Part shown: positions 12,401-31,300 of the stretch, one piece after another | Layout: each line of letters begins with the position of its first letter | Position numbering within the stretch: position 1 is the stretch's first letter | Assembly (NCBI RefSeq): GCF_044704955.1 | Contig: NC_091994.1 | Location: 92,256,001-92,320,000, forward strand | Origin: Pristiophorus japonicus | Lineage: Eukaryota | Direction of reading: 5' to 3' | Length of the DNA stretch: 64,000 nucleotides | Notes under the pieces: model-generated | What the model saw: only the letters and a program-made list of their open reading frames with translations | Told to the model about the DNA's origin: nothing | Databases searched by the model: none | Made by a program: the position numbers and the translations under genes

Positions 12401-15400
12401 GCAGTTCACCTGCAAGAATTGCAATGCCAGAGGACATTTGGCTAGAATGTGCAGAAAGGCTGCAACGAGGCTAATCTATGAAACAGAGCAATCAGACGAG
12501 GGGTCTGCAATGCAGGACGATGTCTGGGGCAAAGCCATGGATGCTGAGGTTCAACAGGTTCATGTGGCTGACGTCCGCAGCTCATCCACCAAAACGCCAC
12601 CCATGATGATGAAAGTTTTATTGAATGGCATCCTGGTGCGCATGGAGCTGGATACGGGAGCTAGCCAGTCACTTATGAGCGCCCAACAACTTGAGAGACC
12701 ATGACCACAGAGAGCTAGCAGGCCCAAACTGGAACGCATTGACACGCAGCTCCGTATGTACACCAAAGAAATCATCCCAGTGCTAGACAGTGCAAACCTG
12801 GTGGTAACACACAATGGATCACAGAACCGCCTGCCACTCTGGATTGTTCCGGGAAATGGCCCTGCGCTTTTGGGAAGGAGCTGGTTAGCAGAGATGAACT
12901 GGAAATGGGGAGATGTGCACGCCATTTCGTCTGTGGAGCGAAGTTCATGCTCGCAGGTCCTACAAAATTCAGGTCACTGTTTCAACCCGGTGTCTGAACG
13001 TTCATGGGCATCAAAGTAGTGATACGCATTACCCCGGACGCCAGACCAGTACACCACAAAGCCAGAGCGGTGCCGTATGTGATGCGTGAGAAAATTGAGT
13101 GAATTGGACAGGCTGCTCAGAGAGGGCATAATCTCGGCCATTGAATTCAGTGACTGGGCAAGTCCCATCGTTCCCGTCCTTAAAGCGGATGGCTCGGTCA
13201 GGATCTGCGGAGACTACAAAGCCGTCATCAACCGAGTGTCACTGCATGACCAATACCCGCTCCCGAGAGCAGAGGACCTTTTTTGCCACGTTGGCAGGTG
13301 GCAAGCTGTTCACTAATTTGGACCTCACCTCGGCCTACATGACTCAGGAACTGGCTGAAGAATCCAAGCTTCTGACCACCATCACGACGCACAAGCAATT
13401 ATTCATCCAAAACAGGTGTCCGTTTGGCATTCGTTCAGCGGCTGCAATCTTCCAGAGGAACATGGAAAGCTTGCTCAAATCCATTTCCGGCACAATCGTA
13501 TTCCAAGACGTCGTCCTAATAACAGGTCGAGACACCGAGGAACACCTCCATAACCTGGAGGAGGTGCTACACCGACTGGACCGGATAGGCCTGCGGCTGA
13601 AAAAGGCCAAGTGTGTGTTTTTGGCCCCAGAGGTTGAATGTTTGGGCAGGAAGGGTTGCCGCAGACGGGATCCGCCCTACCAAATCCAAAACTGAGGCGA
13701 TCCGTCGAGTTCCCCGGCCCGGCAACACGTCAGAGTTGCGATCGTTCCTGGGACTTTTGAACTATTTCGGGAACTTCCTGCCTAACTTAAGCACATTGTT
13801 GGAGCCGTTACATGTGCTCCAGCATAAGGGTTGTGACTGGTTTTGGGGGGGGACTGTCAGGAACAGGCTTTCAACAGGGCGTGGAACGGAACCTGCTTTG
13901 TTCTAACAAACTGTTGACTTTGTATGACCCCTGTTATATAAAAAAAATACTTTAAACGTGCGATGCATCATCATACGGGGTTGGGTGTGTGTTGCAGCAG
14001 GGAAATGACAACGGCCGACTACAACCGGTGGCTTATGCCTCCAGGTCGCTCTCCCAGGCAGAGCGTGGGTACGGCATGGTCGAAAAGGAAGCACTCGCTT
14101 GCGTTTACGGTGTGAAAAAGATGCACCAGTATCTTTTCGGCAGACAGTTAGAGTTAGAAATGGACCACAAGCCATTAGCCTTGCTGTCAGACAACAGGGA
14201 TGTTGTCAATGCCAATGCGTCAGCTCGCATACAGCGATGGGCTCTCACGCTGGCTGCGTATGACTACACCATACGGCACCGGCCAGGCACACAAAATTGT
14301 GCTGACGCGCCCAGCAGGCTTCCACTGACCATCACCGAGGGGGCAGCGGAGCAAAGCGCTGAGATGGTCATGCTGTTGAGGCTTTTGACACCGCAGGCTC
14401 CCCCATCACAACCTGCCAGATCAAACTCTGGACCAACAGGGACCCCCTCCTAACCATGATAAAGAAATGTGTCCTGACTGGGGATTGGGCGCCCGTGCAC
14501 TGGACGTGCCCCGAGGAGGTCAGACCGTTTCACAGACAGATGGATGAGCTCTCCATCATAGCCGACTGCCTACTATGGGACAGCTGGGTAGTCATGCCCA
14601 GAAAGGAAGGGAACTCCACAGCGAGCACCCTGGCATTGTGCTAATGAAGGCCATTGCCCGGTCACATGTATGGTGGCCGGGGATTGACTTAGACCTGGAA
14701 CACTGGGTTCGCAGGTGCACGACGTGCGCCCAGCTGGGCGATGCATCCAGGGAGGCCCCACTCAGCCCGTGGACTATGCGGGGCCGTTCATGGGAAAAAT
14801 TTTCTTGATTGTAGTCGATGAATACTCGAAATGGATCGAGTGCATCATATTAAACTTGAGCACGACATCCATCACCGTGGAGAGTCTGCGCACGGTTTTT
14901 GCGACCCACGGCTTGCCAGACATTCTGGTCAGCGACAGTGGCCCATGTTTCACCAGCCATGAATTCCAGCTGTTTATGTCGGGCAATGGCATTAAACATG
15001 TCCGGACGGCGCCGTTCAAGCCAGCTTCCAATGGCCAGGCAGAATGTGCGGTCCAAGTCATAAAACAAGGCATACTCCGTATCCAGGGACCTCTCTTCAG
15101 TACCACCTATCGCGTCTCCTGCTGACCTATAGATCCCGCCCGCACTCGCTCATGCGGAACTCCTCATGAAACGCACGCTCAAAACGCGGCTGTCCCTCAT
15201 TCACCCAGCCCTGGCAGACATTGTTGAGGGCAAGTGGCAATCCCAAACCGAGTGCCATGATCGAAACTCATTGGAGAGCTGTATAGAAATGGATGACCTG
15301 GTATTTATGCTTAACCATGCACTTGGACCCAAGTGGCTTAAGGGCACTGTAATTGGTAAAGAGGGAAATAGGTTCATAGTGGTCAGACTAAACAATGGGC

Positions 15401-16903
15401 AGATATGCCGCAAACATCTGGACCAGGTAAAGAAAAGGTTCAGCATGGACACTGAGGAACCTGAAATAGACCATGGGATGTCAACCACACCACTGCCAGT
15501 GAACGAGCAACAAGGACAGTCAACAGCATGCAGAGTCCCTGCGGACAGGCCGGAACCAACTCGGGCAACAGAGACGCATGCCACGGCTCAACCACCAGAG
15601 CCACAACTGCGGCGCTCCAGGAGAGAGCATCGACCGCCTGAAAGACTCAATCTTTGACCCAAAGACATGAGGGGGGAGGTGATGTCATGTTTGTAACCTT
15701 CATCTAACTGTAACCAATATGTAACAACACTGTACACAACTGTGAAATACACACCTTGACCACAGGTGGTAAACACCCCTCACCTGGTCAGCCAGGTACT
15801 TAAAGGAAGGTTCCACGCAGGCTCAGCACTCCTTGGTCCGGGAAAGAAAGATGCAGGTCATAAGTGACCTTGTCTGCAGTATATGCTTCGTGTGAATATG
15901 TTCTGGAGTTGAGGACTCTACAGCTCCCACTCTTGCTTTTTAAGCCTTTAATGTTTCTGCTAAGTTATCCAACATGCTGTCTCTCGCCCTCGCTCTAAAC
16001 TACAGGTGGTTTGATCAGTACACGGAGTCCGATTTTGCTCGGTCTGGGAACAGAGCTACAATGGCCGTTACACTTGATGCTGGGCCGCTGCCACAGTTCA
16101 CGCACTCTATGGAGCCACAGCTGAGGCAGCTCGGGTTACCAACCACGCTGAAGAAAGGTACGGTAAAGACCAACAGCAACTTGTGCGTAACCGGTGATGC
16201 GCTCTTCCTCTATTGTCACGCATGGGCAGAATAAGATTTAAGATAAGCAGTAGTTAGATTTCACTTGTGTGGTCTCTGTCTCCTAGGTGTTGTGACGTTA
16301 TTGTCTGATCATGATGTGTGCAAAGAAGGTGCCTCACTGACCCCCGAACAAGCACGTCTTCTGGTTAGTTTTTACTTTAAAATATAACTTTCAGAAACTG
16401 AAGCTGCTGTGAGAAGCAGCAATTTGGCTTTAATTTGGAGAATTTCTCTGAAGGGAGGTCAAACATTGTAAATGCATAAACAGTGAAAACTGGCCATTTC
16501 GGCTTAATTGAGGACAGAGTCCTTGGCAATTACTGCTTCAACACTTTGTACATGGATCCTATTCAGCTACAGTACAGGCCAATACCACCACCTCCTCCAC
16601 ACGTTAAGGTGGAATGGGCCAATAAATGGAAAAACATGGCTGCAGGTACAGCTGTAATAACATTTCCCAAATTTGCAGCATTACAAAAATGTAAATATTG
16701 GTGATGTGGAAGTTGCGTGCAAATTCTGAATTGTCCACTTTTCGTTCTTCCAGAAACTACTTGGTATTGAGATGGCGGCGTTCAAAGTGACGATAAACAG
16801 TATGTGGAACTCTGAGACGGGTGAAATTGAGCTACTGTCAGCGACTGACGTTAGTGGGAAAAGCAGCAAAGAGGCGGAGGAGATGGAAGATGAGCAGGAG
16901 TGA
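6469..16903 (+). CDS. MRTO4: mRNA turnover protein 4 homolog (60S ribosome maturation factor), complete, 239 aa
   Basis: Exons 6469-6496, 6666-6724, 10025-10128, 10764-10845, 11088-11155, 16006-16157, 16287-16363 and 16754-16903 total 720 nt, all GT-AG. Translation: [20 protein letters not shown]...[49 protein letters not shown]...[16 protein letters not shown]... Confidence 0.97.
7153..8540 (+). mobile_element. Young CR1-clade LINE, 5'-truncated, RT ORF intact, inserted into an older L2 in MRTO4 intron 2
   Basis: 447-aa ORF: NYRPVSLTS...[14 protein letters not shown]...[10 protein letters not shown]...FADDTKL, ending in a TTTCTATG repeat tail. Confidence 0.93.
8541..9900 (+). mobile_element. 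Degenerate L2-clade LINE 3' portion, split by a CR1 insertion at 9091-9785
   Basis: Typical L2 3' text (CAGCTCATCCAAAACTC...GCCTTCAGCCGTCTGG...TAAAGGTGCTCTATAAATG...TTGTTGT) resumes across the insertion. Confidence 0.65.
9091..9785 (-). mobile_element. CR1-clade LINE 3' fragment
   Basis: ORFs 9251-9490 and 9494-9802 carry CR1 RT C-terminal motifs. Confidence 0.88.
10192..10620 (-). mobile_element. Non-autonomous bipartite RTE-derived SINE-like element
   Basis: RTE 3' end (GGACTGCCT-(ATG)n) fused to an RTE ORF start ([11 protein letters not shown]). A second copy lies at 44126-44405. Confidence 0.7.
11202..15922 (+). mobile_element. Full-length decayed Gypsy/Ty3 LTR retrotransposon in MRTO4 intron 5
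   Basis: 5' LTR 11202-11459, 3' LTR 15683-15922, TSD GCTCC (11197-11201 and 15923-15927), PBS TGGCGACGAG and a polypurine tract at about 15669-15682. The frameshifted gag-pol runs CCHC knuckles, LDTGAS protease, RT (RICGDYK), RNase H, integrase, which is Gypsy order. Confidence 0.95.
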
Positions 16904-17022
16904 CTGAGTGAAAGTTGGGCTGTAGCCCAGGGGTGAACTCCGGTGACTGGAACCAGCAATGTCACAAACATTTGTGATATTAATTGCTGCATTTATGGAC
17001 ACTAACGTGGGTGTGGATTTTT

Positions 17023-17028
17023 AATAAA
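17023..17028 (+). terminator. Putative MRTO4 polyadenylation signal AATAAA
   Basis: First AATAAA, 120 nt after the MRTO4 stop codon. Confidence 0.6.
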
Positions 17029-17176
17029 AGTGTGGCACTTTAACCAATTTATTATTGGCTAGTCCTCACCTGGTGATACAATAGGCACAAGGGATCTGAT
17101 CTTTGTATTGACCTCTGGGGCCTCAACTGATTGATTAATATGGCTTTTATACATCCTAGTGTTACAGAAAAAATAA

Positions 17177-17535
17177 CTTGTTTATATAATGCCTGTCTGA
17201 GCTCTTCGTGGCCAGTGAATGGTTTTGAAGTATAGTTATTGCTGTAGGCACCAGCCAATTTGTGGACAGCAAGATACCACTAGCAGCAGTGTGCAAATGG
17301 TCACTGAGGTATGAAGGTTGGCCCGAACTCCCTGCTCTTGGAAAAGGGCCCGAGCATCTTATGTCCACCTGCACAGGTATACGGGATATCAGTTTAACGT
17401 CTCGTCTGACGAACGGTAGCTCTGACAGTACTGTACTGAAGGGCCGGTCAAGATTATGTGCTCAAATCCTGGAGTGCAATTTCTACCCACTACAACCTTG
17501 AGACTTGGAGGTGAACATGCTACCACTGAGCCCTG
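17177..17535 (-). mobile_element. Degenerate Deu-domain tRNA-derived SINE (SacSINE1-like)
   Basis: Reverse complement of the Deu core (GAGACGTTAAAC...CAGGTGGACATAAG...) and a tRNA-like head (GGCTCAGTGGTAGCA). Recognised from memory. Confidence 0.6.
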
Positions 17536-18160
17536 GCTGTTGTCAATGCGCTAATATATTATCCATCTGTGTACATCCACACTTGTAAATATCAGACAGT
17601 AACTATTCCCTTCTCCTCCCCAACTTCGGGGTTACAGTGACACTCAGCAGTGTTGGGAAAGTAACATAATGGAACCAGTTTACCTCAGCAGTCTCCATTT
17701 ATAAATGTGAACCAGTTTTGGTTTTTATTCTCCATTGAAGACAGATTGGAAACAATTTTGTATTGTTGCTAACAGCTTTAATTCTATTAAGTGTTTAGTT
17801 AAATTCTCCAGCAGTTATAAGATGGAAGTAACTGAGAACTTCCTCATTGATACCACGGTTTTTCCCCTAGACTGGTTCTCTGCCTGATTCCTTATTACAG
17901 GACAGTTACCCCTCCCTTGCCCAGCCCGACCATCACTAATTTCTCATAGCAGATCAGCAACTTCCACCAGGTTTGCAGGATGCCAAGCCACCTGAACATG
18001 GCTTACATGAAGCAATTCACCTGTACCGGTTGCTAAATTCAGCTCCTAGAAGCAAAATCATTAAAAATTGGTTATACAGGAAATTATATTTTTTCTAATT
18101 GCAATAATTATTAAATTCATTTCAGTGCTGGTATTTTAAGCAGAGCACAGGCGATCTGCC

Positions 18161-25389
<7,229 letters not shown>

Positions 25390-25470
25390 CAAGCGCAGAG
25401 AGAGCGCGTCACCGAATCCCGCCCCAGGGGGCGTCGTTTATTTCCAACACCAGACCTCCGATTGGTCACC
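25390..25470 (-). promoter_or_regulatory. AKR7A proximal promoter (GC boxes and CCAAT box)
   Basis: CCGCCC/GGGGCG at about 25418-25433 and ATTGG (CCAAT on minus) at 25461-25465, just upstream of the ATG in a CpG-rich island. Confidence 0.5.
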
Positions 25471-26499
25471 TTTCAAACAATACTTAATTTCTGATGTGTG
25501 CCACACCCAGCAGTTTCTCATCAATGTGTAATTAGATCCTGCCTGCCTGTAATCAATCAGTTTGCAAAGTAATTCAAGCCACTCTGACTGCCTTGCTCCA
25601 GGTAGCAGAGCTCAGCTTCGTGGTTAAGACAATTTCCTACCCTACAATCAAGTTCCTTCCCCACTCCCACACCCCCACCAAGATCCTAACCTTCCTCACA
25701 CCCCTGAGTTTCTCACCTTTTCCCTCACCAAGTTCCTGACGACCTCCTCCTGCCCAAGTTCTTTCCCACCCAGGTTCCCGACGTTCTCCCCCAACAAGTT
25801 CCTGATCTTCCCCCGTAGATGGGGGCATTGTGGGTGGGTCACACAGAGATCGGTAACAGGTTTATTGGGTATGAAGTGAATAGTCGGTGTCATGACGACC
25901 AGCTTTCGTTCAGTCCAATGATGTCACTTCACGGAGCTTTCCGAGAAATCAAGCAGGTCTAGTGGGAGGAGAGGGAAAATGCAGTACGGATGTAAAGGAT
26001 TTGCAGTTGAGAGAACGTGCTACAGGTGTAAAGGAGGTTTGGAGTTAGAAGATCCGTCTTACCATCACGTTTTTGCTCTCATCCCCTCCCCCCTTTAGTC
26101 CTGGATCATGTTCTTCTCTCATCCCCACTGCTCTCCTCTCCCCCCGATTCCTCCCTCACCCCTCCGATCCCTTTTTGCCCCCTCCAATCCCCTCTCACCC
26201 CCACATCCCCTCTCCTCCTCCCTCCCTCCAATTCCTTCTCTTTCCCCCCCCTCCTCCAATTCCCTCTTTCTCTACCCCCCCCCCCCCCCCCCCCCCCAAA
26301 ATTCCCTCTCTCTTTCTCCCAGCCAGCTCAGAGCCAGTGACCTTCTCCCAGAGTTGAAGGAAGCGTGTCCTCAACTGTTGGGTACTGCGCATGTGCAGCA
26401 TTGGTAACAGTGGGCGACTCCACGATACTGCGCGAATGCGCAGAAGTCGTGCAGAATGTTCATGCAGCTAATCACTCCGAACTTTATATCCATTTTCAG

Positions 26500-27400
26500 A
26501 ATGGAGGAAGTTAAAATACCAGTGATAAAAGCAAAACTAAAATCAAGGGGAGGATCTTATTGGATTCAATACAAGTAACAATATAGTAATGGCAAAAATT
26601 ATGGGATTTAAACTAGATAAATCTCCAGGACATGATCGTTTCCACCCTAGGGTATTAAAAGGTGAGGAAATTGCAGTTAGTCATAACCTTTCAAAGCTCT
26701 CTTGATTTGGGAATTATGCCATTAGATAGGAAATTTGCTAATGTCACTAGATTATTTCGGAAGGGTGGGAGAGAGAAACCAGGTAACTTACAGACCTGTC
26801 AGTTTATCATCAGTAGGGGGGAAGTTACTAAAATTTGTCATTAGGGGCAGAGTGACTGAGTACTTGAACAAACATGAGCTGATCAGAGAGAGCCATCGAT
26901 TTGTTACGGGCAAGTCATTTCTGACTAATCAAGTTGAACGCTTTGAGGAAGTCACAAATAAAAGCTAGCTATGGATGTTATCTATACGGACTTCCAGAAG
27001 GCATTCACTAAGGGTCCACACAAGAGATTATCAACAATGAGAGCACACTGAATTGGAGGTTGCCTTTTGATTTGGGCTGAAAATTGGAGAGTGGGGACAA
27101 GGGTAGGTACTGGATTGGCAGCATGTGGTAAGTGATGTTCCCCAGGGATCTGTTATGGGGCCTCAATATTTCACCATATTTAATAAATGACTTGGATGGA
27201 GGAATAAAGAGCTGTATAATTAAAGTCTGTAGATGACACCAAGTTAGGAGGGACAGGAAGTAGTGGAGAGAGAAGCTGGATGTTGCAAAGGGACACAAAC
27301 AGATTAAGTGAGTCGGTAATACTATGACAAGTGGAGTTCAATGTGGACAAGCGTGAGGTCTCCACTTTGCACCCAAGAAAAATAAATCAAGTATATTTTC
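26500..27400 (+). mobile_element. Old degenerate CR1 fragment
   Basis: Broken KSPG.D..HPRVLK, NYRPVSL and DDTKL motifs. Confidence 0.7.
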
Positions 27401-28322
27401 TAGGGCCTATGCTATGAAATTCCCTCCCAAGACTCCTCCTCATTTAAGACCACCTTCTTTGACTAAGCGTTTGGTCACCCCTGCTCATATATCCTTCTCC
27501 AATGAGGTGTCTATTTTTGTCTAATTATGTTTCCGTGAAGCACCTTGGGCTGTATTCCAAATCACCAAGAAAAAGGAGAAAGAACTTTAAAATGAGTAAA
27601 AAAATATAAAAGCTGTTAACAGATTTTACAAAATATCCTGTAAACTAATTTAATTCCTTTACTTTCAGCATTTTAAAAAGTACAATAAAGAAAAAAAAAC
27701 ATACCTGCTTCCCACAAATTTCTATTTTTAAATTTATAAAATGTTCTTTCATCCAACCAGTTTCTTCCATCTGGGAGTACCAAATAGACCATGGCTTCAA
27801 GCCCTCTCCAGGACCCTTCAACCTGTCTCCGGTGGGGTGAGACAGCTCTGCTCCCTCCCCTCGTGAAGGCCGCAACCTTGCACAGTTGACTAATTTCTTA
27901 TTATGGAAGCTGGCAGATGACTGCTGCGGAAATTCTGCAGTTTCTCGATTGTAAACCTTGTACGATGCCGTAACATTGCTGCACAGTCTTTTTGGAAAAT
28001 GTCTACTGAGCACATCTTAAAAAACAATGCCGAATCATGCACAAAGATAAACTATTTCAATCATAAATTTACACAGAATTTCATCTCATCCTCAATGTAT
28101 GTAGCACAACACAAATGGAAACCACAAGTTATCGCAACAGTACAAGAGGATTAAAACCTATCCACAGGTAACAATTCAGGATTTGATCCCCACTAGTGCT
28201 TCACATTTCATGAGTTTTGAAAGTTCTCTCATGTCCCACAAGTCAGTTCAGTGATGAAACATGCCCGATGCCTTGGGATCTCTGTTCCACTTGGCATTGT
28301 GGCTATAGGGTCCGACATGCAG

Positions 28323-31300
28323 TCAGGATGTTTTCTGAGCTCTCTCCTCAACGTACAACTGCATCTATAAAAGAGTTTAAAAAAAAAGGATGGATCAAAT
28401 GCAAGTCCCAATATGAGGGTGTTGTGTAGTACTGTGCAGACAGTGGACAGGCAGTACTCAATAGATCAGTTGCAGTAGTCACTTTTTTTTTTAGATGTAA
28501 TCCAGAAAGCAGCAGTCACAGTAAATTACTGGGTTAATTCAACAGCCCTGTGCATTTAGCACCAAATGGGTTCATAGAAAACAAACAAGAGTAGATGATC
28601 CTAGTTGTAGTATTTTCCAACAAATGGCCTCACCTGCCACCCAAAGTTACCACCTAATGTACTCTTGTGGTCTGGAAATCTTTTCAGAAACATCTGATGA
28701 GTTTACAATTATAAAATGCATGAGTGCTACTGTCACATAAAGCACAAATCCAACATAAGACCCCCTTGCTAGAGTTAAAGTGTTACCTTTAAGATATCTG
28801 ACGTCATCGTTTTCAGTGGGATTAGCCGTGGCTCTCGCATGTTCACTTCCTGTTCATCAGCATGGATCCACGGGAAGTCCTGCACAGAAAATAAAAAATC
28901 AGCAAGGCCGAAAGTGACAAACACAACATTAATTGTTGTTTTCTGTTTATTTGTTCTCGGGTTGTGGGCAATTTATTGCCTGTCCCGAGTTGCCCCAAGA
29001 TCGTGGTGGGCTTTCTCCTTGAATCGCTGCAGTCCGTATGGTGATGGTGTTCCCAAAATGGTATTGGATAGTGAACTCCAAGATATTGATCCAGTGACAA
29101 TATGGGAATGGCAATATATGTTCAAGTCAGGATAGCGTGTGACTTGCAGGGAACTGGCAGGTGGCATTGTTCACATTATGTTACTGCTTTTTGCCACTCA
29201 CTAGTAGGTTGTGAGGTTGGGAGGTGCTGCTGAAACAAGCTGGTGGAGAGGGTGGATATTGAATTCAGTGGCAAGGGCATTGTGCTTTGTCCTGGATAGT
29301 GTTTCTTGAGGGTTATTACATCCACCCCCATCCAAGTGAGTGGAGAAAATTCCATCGCAATCCTTAGTTCAGCCTCGTAGCTGGTGAAGAAGCTTTGAGG
29401 GGTCAGGAGGTGCACCATTCATCGCAGAGTATCCAGGCTCTGCCCAGGCCACAGTGCTGATATGGATAATTCAGTTAAGCTTCTGGTTAATGGTGTTGAT
29501 GCTGATGTAGCTGTGGTAACAACACAAGGTCAAAGGGAGATAACCAGGCTTTCTCTTGTTCGAGATGGCCATTTCCTGGCACTTACGTGTCAATATCTGG
29601 ATAAAGGCCGTGATGAGGTCTGGAGCCGAGTGGTTCTGGCAGAACCCGTACTCAACGTTAGTGAACAGGTTATTGGAAATAGCTATTGATTGATGACACT
29701 ATTAATTACTTCTTCCATCATTCTACTGATGATTGTCAGGAGGCTGATTGGAAGTAATAGTTTGTGTTAGATTTATTTTGTTTTTTGTAGATAGGACATA
29801 TCTGGGCAATTTTCCACATTGCTGCACTGGAATAGCTTGGCTAGGGGATGGTTAGTTCTGGTAAGCAAGTCTATAACATTATAGACAAGAATTATCAGAG
29901 CCCATGGCCTTTGCTGTGTCCAGTGCATTTAGCCAGTTCTAATGTCACTTGGAGTGAACCAAATTGACTGGGCACTGGCATCTGTGATGGTGGGGACTGC
30001 AGGAGGAGGTCTAGTAGGTTTATCCACTTGACATTTTTGGCTGTAGACACTTGCAAACACTTCAGTCTTGTCTCTTGCACGAGTACTGGGATCCACTGTG
30101 GTGGAAGATATAGATGTTTATGGCACTTCCTCGCGCCCCCAACAGTTGCCTGACTGCCCACCACCATTCCAGACTAGATGTGAAGCAGCACGAATTATAC
30201 TCAATATAACGGAAATGGAAGGAAGCCAACTTTGTGATGGATAGAATGTGGGGTTTGAAACTCAGGACATTGAAGTTTCGCATGGTCTGATTCAGCCTGA
30301 GCAAGTGGCCAGGAGGGGATGGAGCAGAACTTATGGCAGGGGACGGAGGATGATGGCTCCAGTCTTGCCAATGTTTAATTCCTGGAAATTCTAACTCATC
30401 CACGACTTAATACAGCGAGAGGTCACCATGGGGTTTAGAGAAATGGTAGAGGTAGATCTAGTGTCATCAACATAAATATGGAAACTGACTCCATGCCAAT
30501 GGATTATATCAGAGAGGACAGAGGGTCTAAGACTGATTCTTGGAGTAACTGTGTAGGAACAGGAAGAGAAGCCATTGTTGGATACGCATTGCCTACATTT
30601 GGACAAATAGGACTGTAATCATGCAAGGGCAGTCCCAGAGCTGGACAACAGAGAGGCAATAAAGGAGGATGATATGGTCAACTGTGTTGAACACAAGGAG
30701 GGATAATGGATCGCAGTTATAGAATATGTCATTTGTGACTTTGGCCAGGACAGAAGTTAGCCTGAAGTGATTTGAGCAGGGAATTTTGAGCCGGAAGACA
30801 TCTTTGAGAACCTTGGAGAGGATGGGGTCATTACAAATAAAGTGAAAGTTAGAGGATGGACAGGTCATGAGTTGGTTTATTTTATTTTTTAAGGAGGGGA
30901 TGATGCCAGCAGTTTTGAAAGGGAGAGGGACAGTGACTGAGAAAATGGAGCCATTAACAATGTAAGCAGACATGGGGCCACGGTCCGGGGCCACGGTCCA
31001 AGCACTCAGTCAGATGGATATATAGAAAATCCCCTCACCGGAGACACATGTAACATAAATGTACACAATTACCAACACATCAAAGACCACTGCAGAGTCG
31101 ACCCAGATAGTCTGCTCACCTTTATCACCTGAATCTTCTCCATATTTCGAGTGGCAACATCTCGGGTATGAACCAGCACAGTGAAGGTACAACCTAGAAA
31201 TAAACAGCACAGTTCTAATAAATACAAACATAGGAGGAAAACAGGGCCTGAAACAAAAACCCAGGAGGAATTTATTCCAACTTCTGCATTACAAAGTTAC

